NCBI GenBank assembly: GCA_951406725.2
Contig: OX597833.1
Location: 32,240,001 to 32,304,000, forward strand
Length of the DNA: 64,000 bases
From: Octopus vulgaris
Lineage: Eukaryota
Direction of reading: 5' to 3'
Under the pieces are notes generated by a model, which saw nothing but the letters and a program-made list of their open reading frames with translations, had not been told where the DNA came from and ran no database searches. Below, piece after piece: positions 63,016 through 64,000 of this stretch. Every line of letters begins with the position of its first letter. The stretch's first letter is position 1. A program made the position numbers and the translations under genes.

Positions 63016-63180
63016 GTGAGAATTTACAAAAAAGCAAAAGACGAAGACGGGTAAACAACAAACAGAAATGTGTCAGTTTAACGCTCGGGAAGTGAGAAAG
63101 TCTTTTACGTTTTGAGCCTACGCTCTTCGACCGAAAGGAACACGGAAATAAACAGGGAGAGCAAATAGAAAAATGGCTTA
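63016..63180 (-). mobile_element. Solo Penelope pLTR remnant with decayed HHR
   Basis: Homologous to 51121-51290; reverse complement reads CGGTCGAAGAGCGTAGGCTCAAAACGTAAAAGAC. Confidence 0.75.
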
Positions 63181-63431
63181 GTCCTGAAAGATTCCTTGGC
63201 GATGCATGGTGTATTTTATAAATATGCCTGGGTAACGTCTCATAAATGTATGAAACTATTTGTAGCTCTTTCAGTTGTGTATTAAATTGATATATATGAG
63301 GCTTTACCTAGGATATGTATTCTACTTATATTTACTGGTATCTGATTGTCGAACATTTATAACCAAATTCTTTTAATACTGAGTGCTTTATTGATATCTG
63401 TCAGGATATTTTCTTATATATAAACATATAT

Positions 63432-63495
<64 letters not shown>

Positions 63496-63562
63496 ACACA
63501 CGCATACACACACACACATACACACACATACACACACACACACATATATTAATATAAGAAAA

Positions 63563-63854
63563 CAGGAAAGTGGAAATTTTTTTGGTATTATTTATTCTCC
63601 ATTACAGGTATTTCATTTGCTAATAGGAATTAAGATTTACATGGTATATAGACATGTAAATAATTTCCTATTAGAAATTCTTCTGACACAGAACATTTTT
63701 TATAAAACATAAAAACATTTCTGTCTGACGAATTTCTAATAGGAAATTATTTACATGTCTTTATAACATATAAATCTTTGTAATTTCTATCCTATTAGCA
63801 AATAAAACACGTGTAATGGAAAATGAATAATACCAAAAACTTTCCATTTTCCTG
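63563..63854. repeat. ~290-bp imperfect palindrome whose two arms are long-stem-II hammerhead remnants
   Basis: Plus arm: CTGACGA (63725) - ATTTCTAATAGGA...TCCTATTAGCAAAT - AAAACACGTGTA. Minus arm: CAGAAGA...GAAATACCTGTA. Confidence 0.7.
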
Positions 63855-64000
63855 CAAATAATATTTCCATAATTCTCAATTTTCATGTATATTTTAATTA
63901 ACAAACAACTATAATTATGAATACCTTTTGATTGTAATAATGGAAGAAACATAAGAGGAAACAGCTGGGATTTACCCGAACTACCTATATATATATATAT

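Overview
AT-rich eukaryotic DNA packed with microsatellites and retroelements, most likely an octopus genome (inferred from the SINE and repeat repertoire). No host protein-coding exon can be supported. The window holds several R4/Dong-like RLE non-LTR retrotransposons that appear sorted by microsatellite target ((TAA)n versus (CATA)n), and one full-length L1/Tx1-clade element with a 19-bp TSD plus two decayed relatives. It also holds a near-complete Neptune-type Penelope-like element (RT + GIY-YIG), an internally deleted Gypsy element nested in a Dong-like LINE, RTE, pogo, hAT and Helitron-like remnants, tRNA-derived SINEs, and a full-length U6 copy fused to a SINE. The ORF track misses a dense set of minimal type I hammerhead ribozymes (HHRs) in (TA)n-flanked non-coding tandem or inverted repeat units (pLTR/retrozyme-like). 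The top observation is that the full-length Tx1 element, which has no poly(A) tail, sits inside a 351-nt structured HHR-bearing unit. Its TSD directly abuts a same-strand hammerhead, so read-through RNA would be cleaved 58 nt past the element's 3' end.
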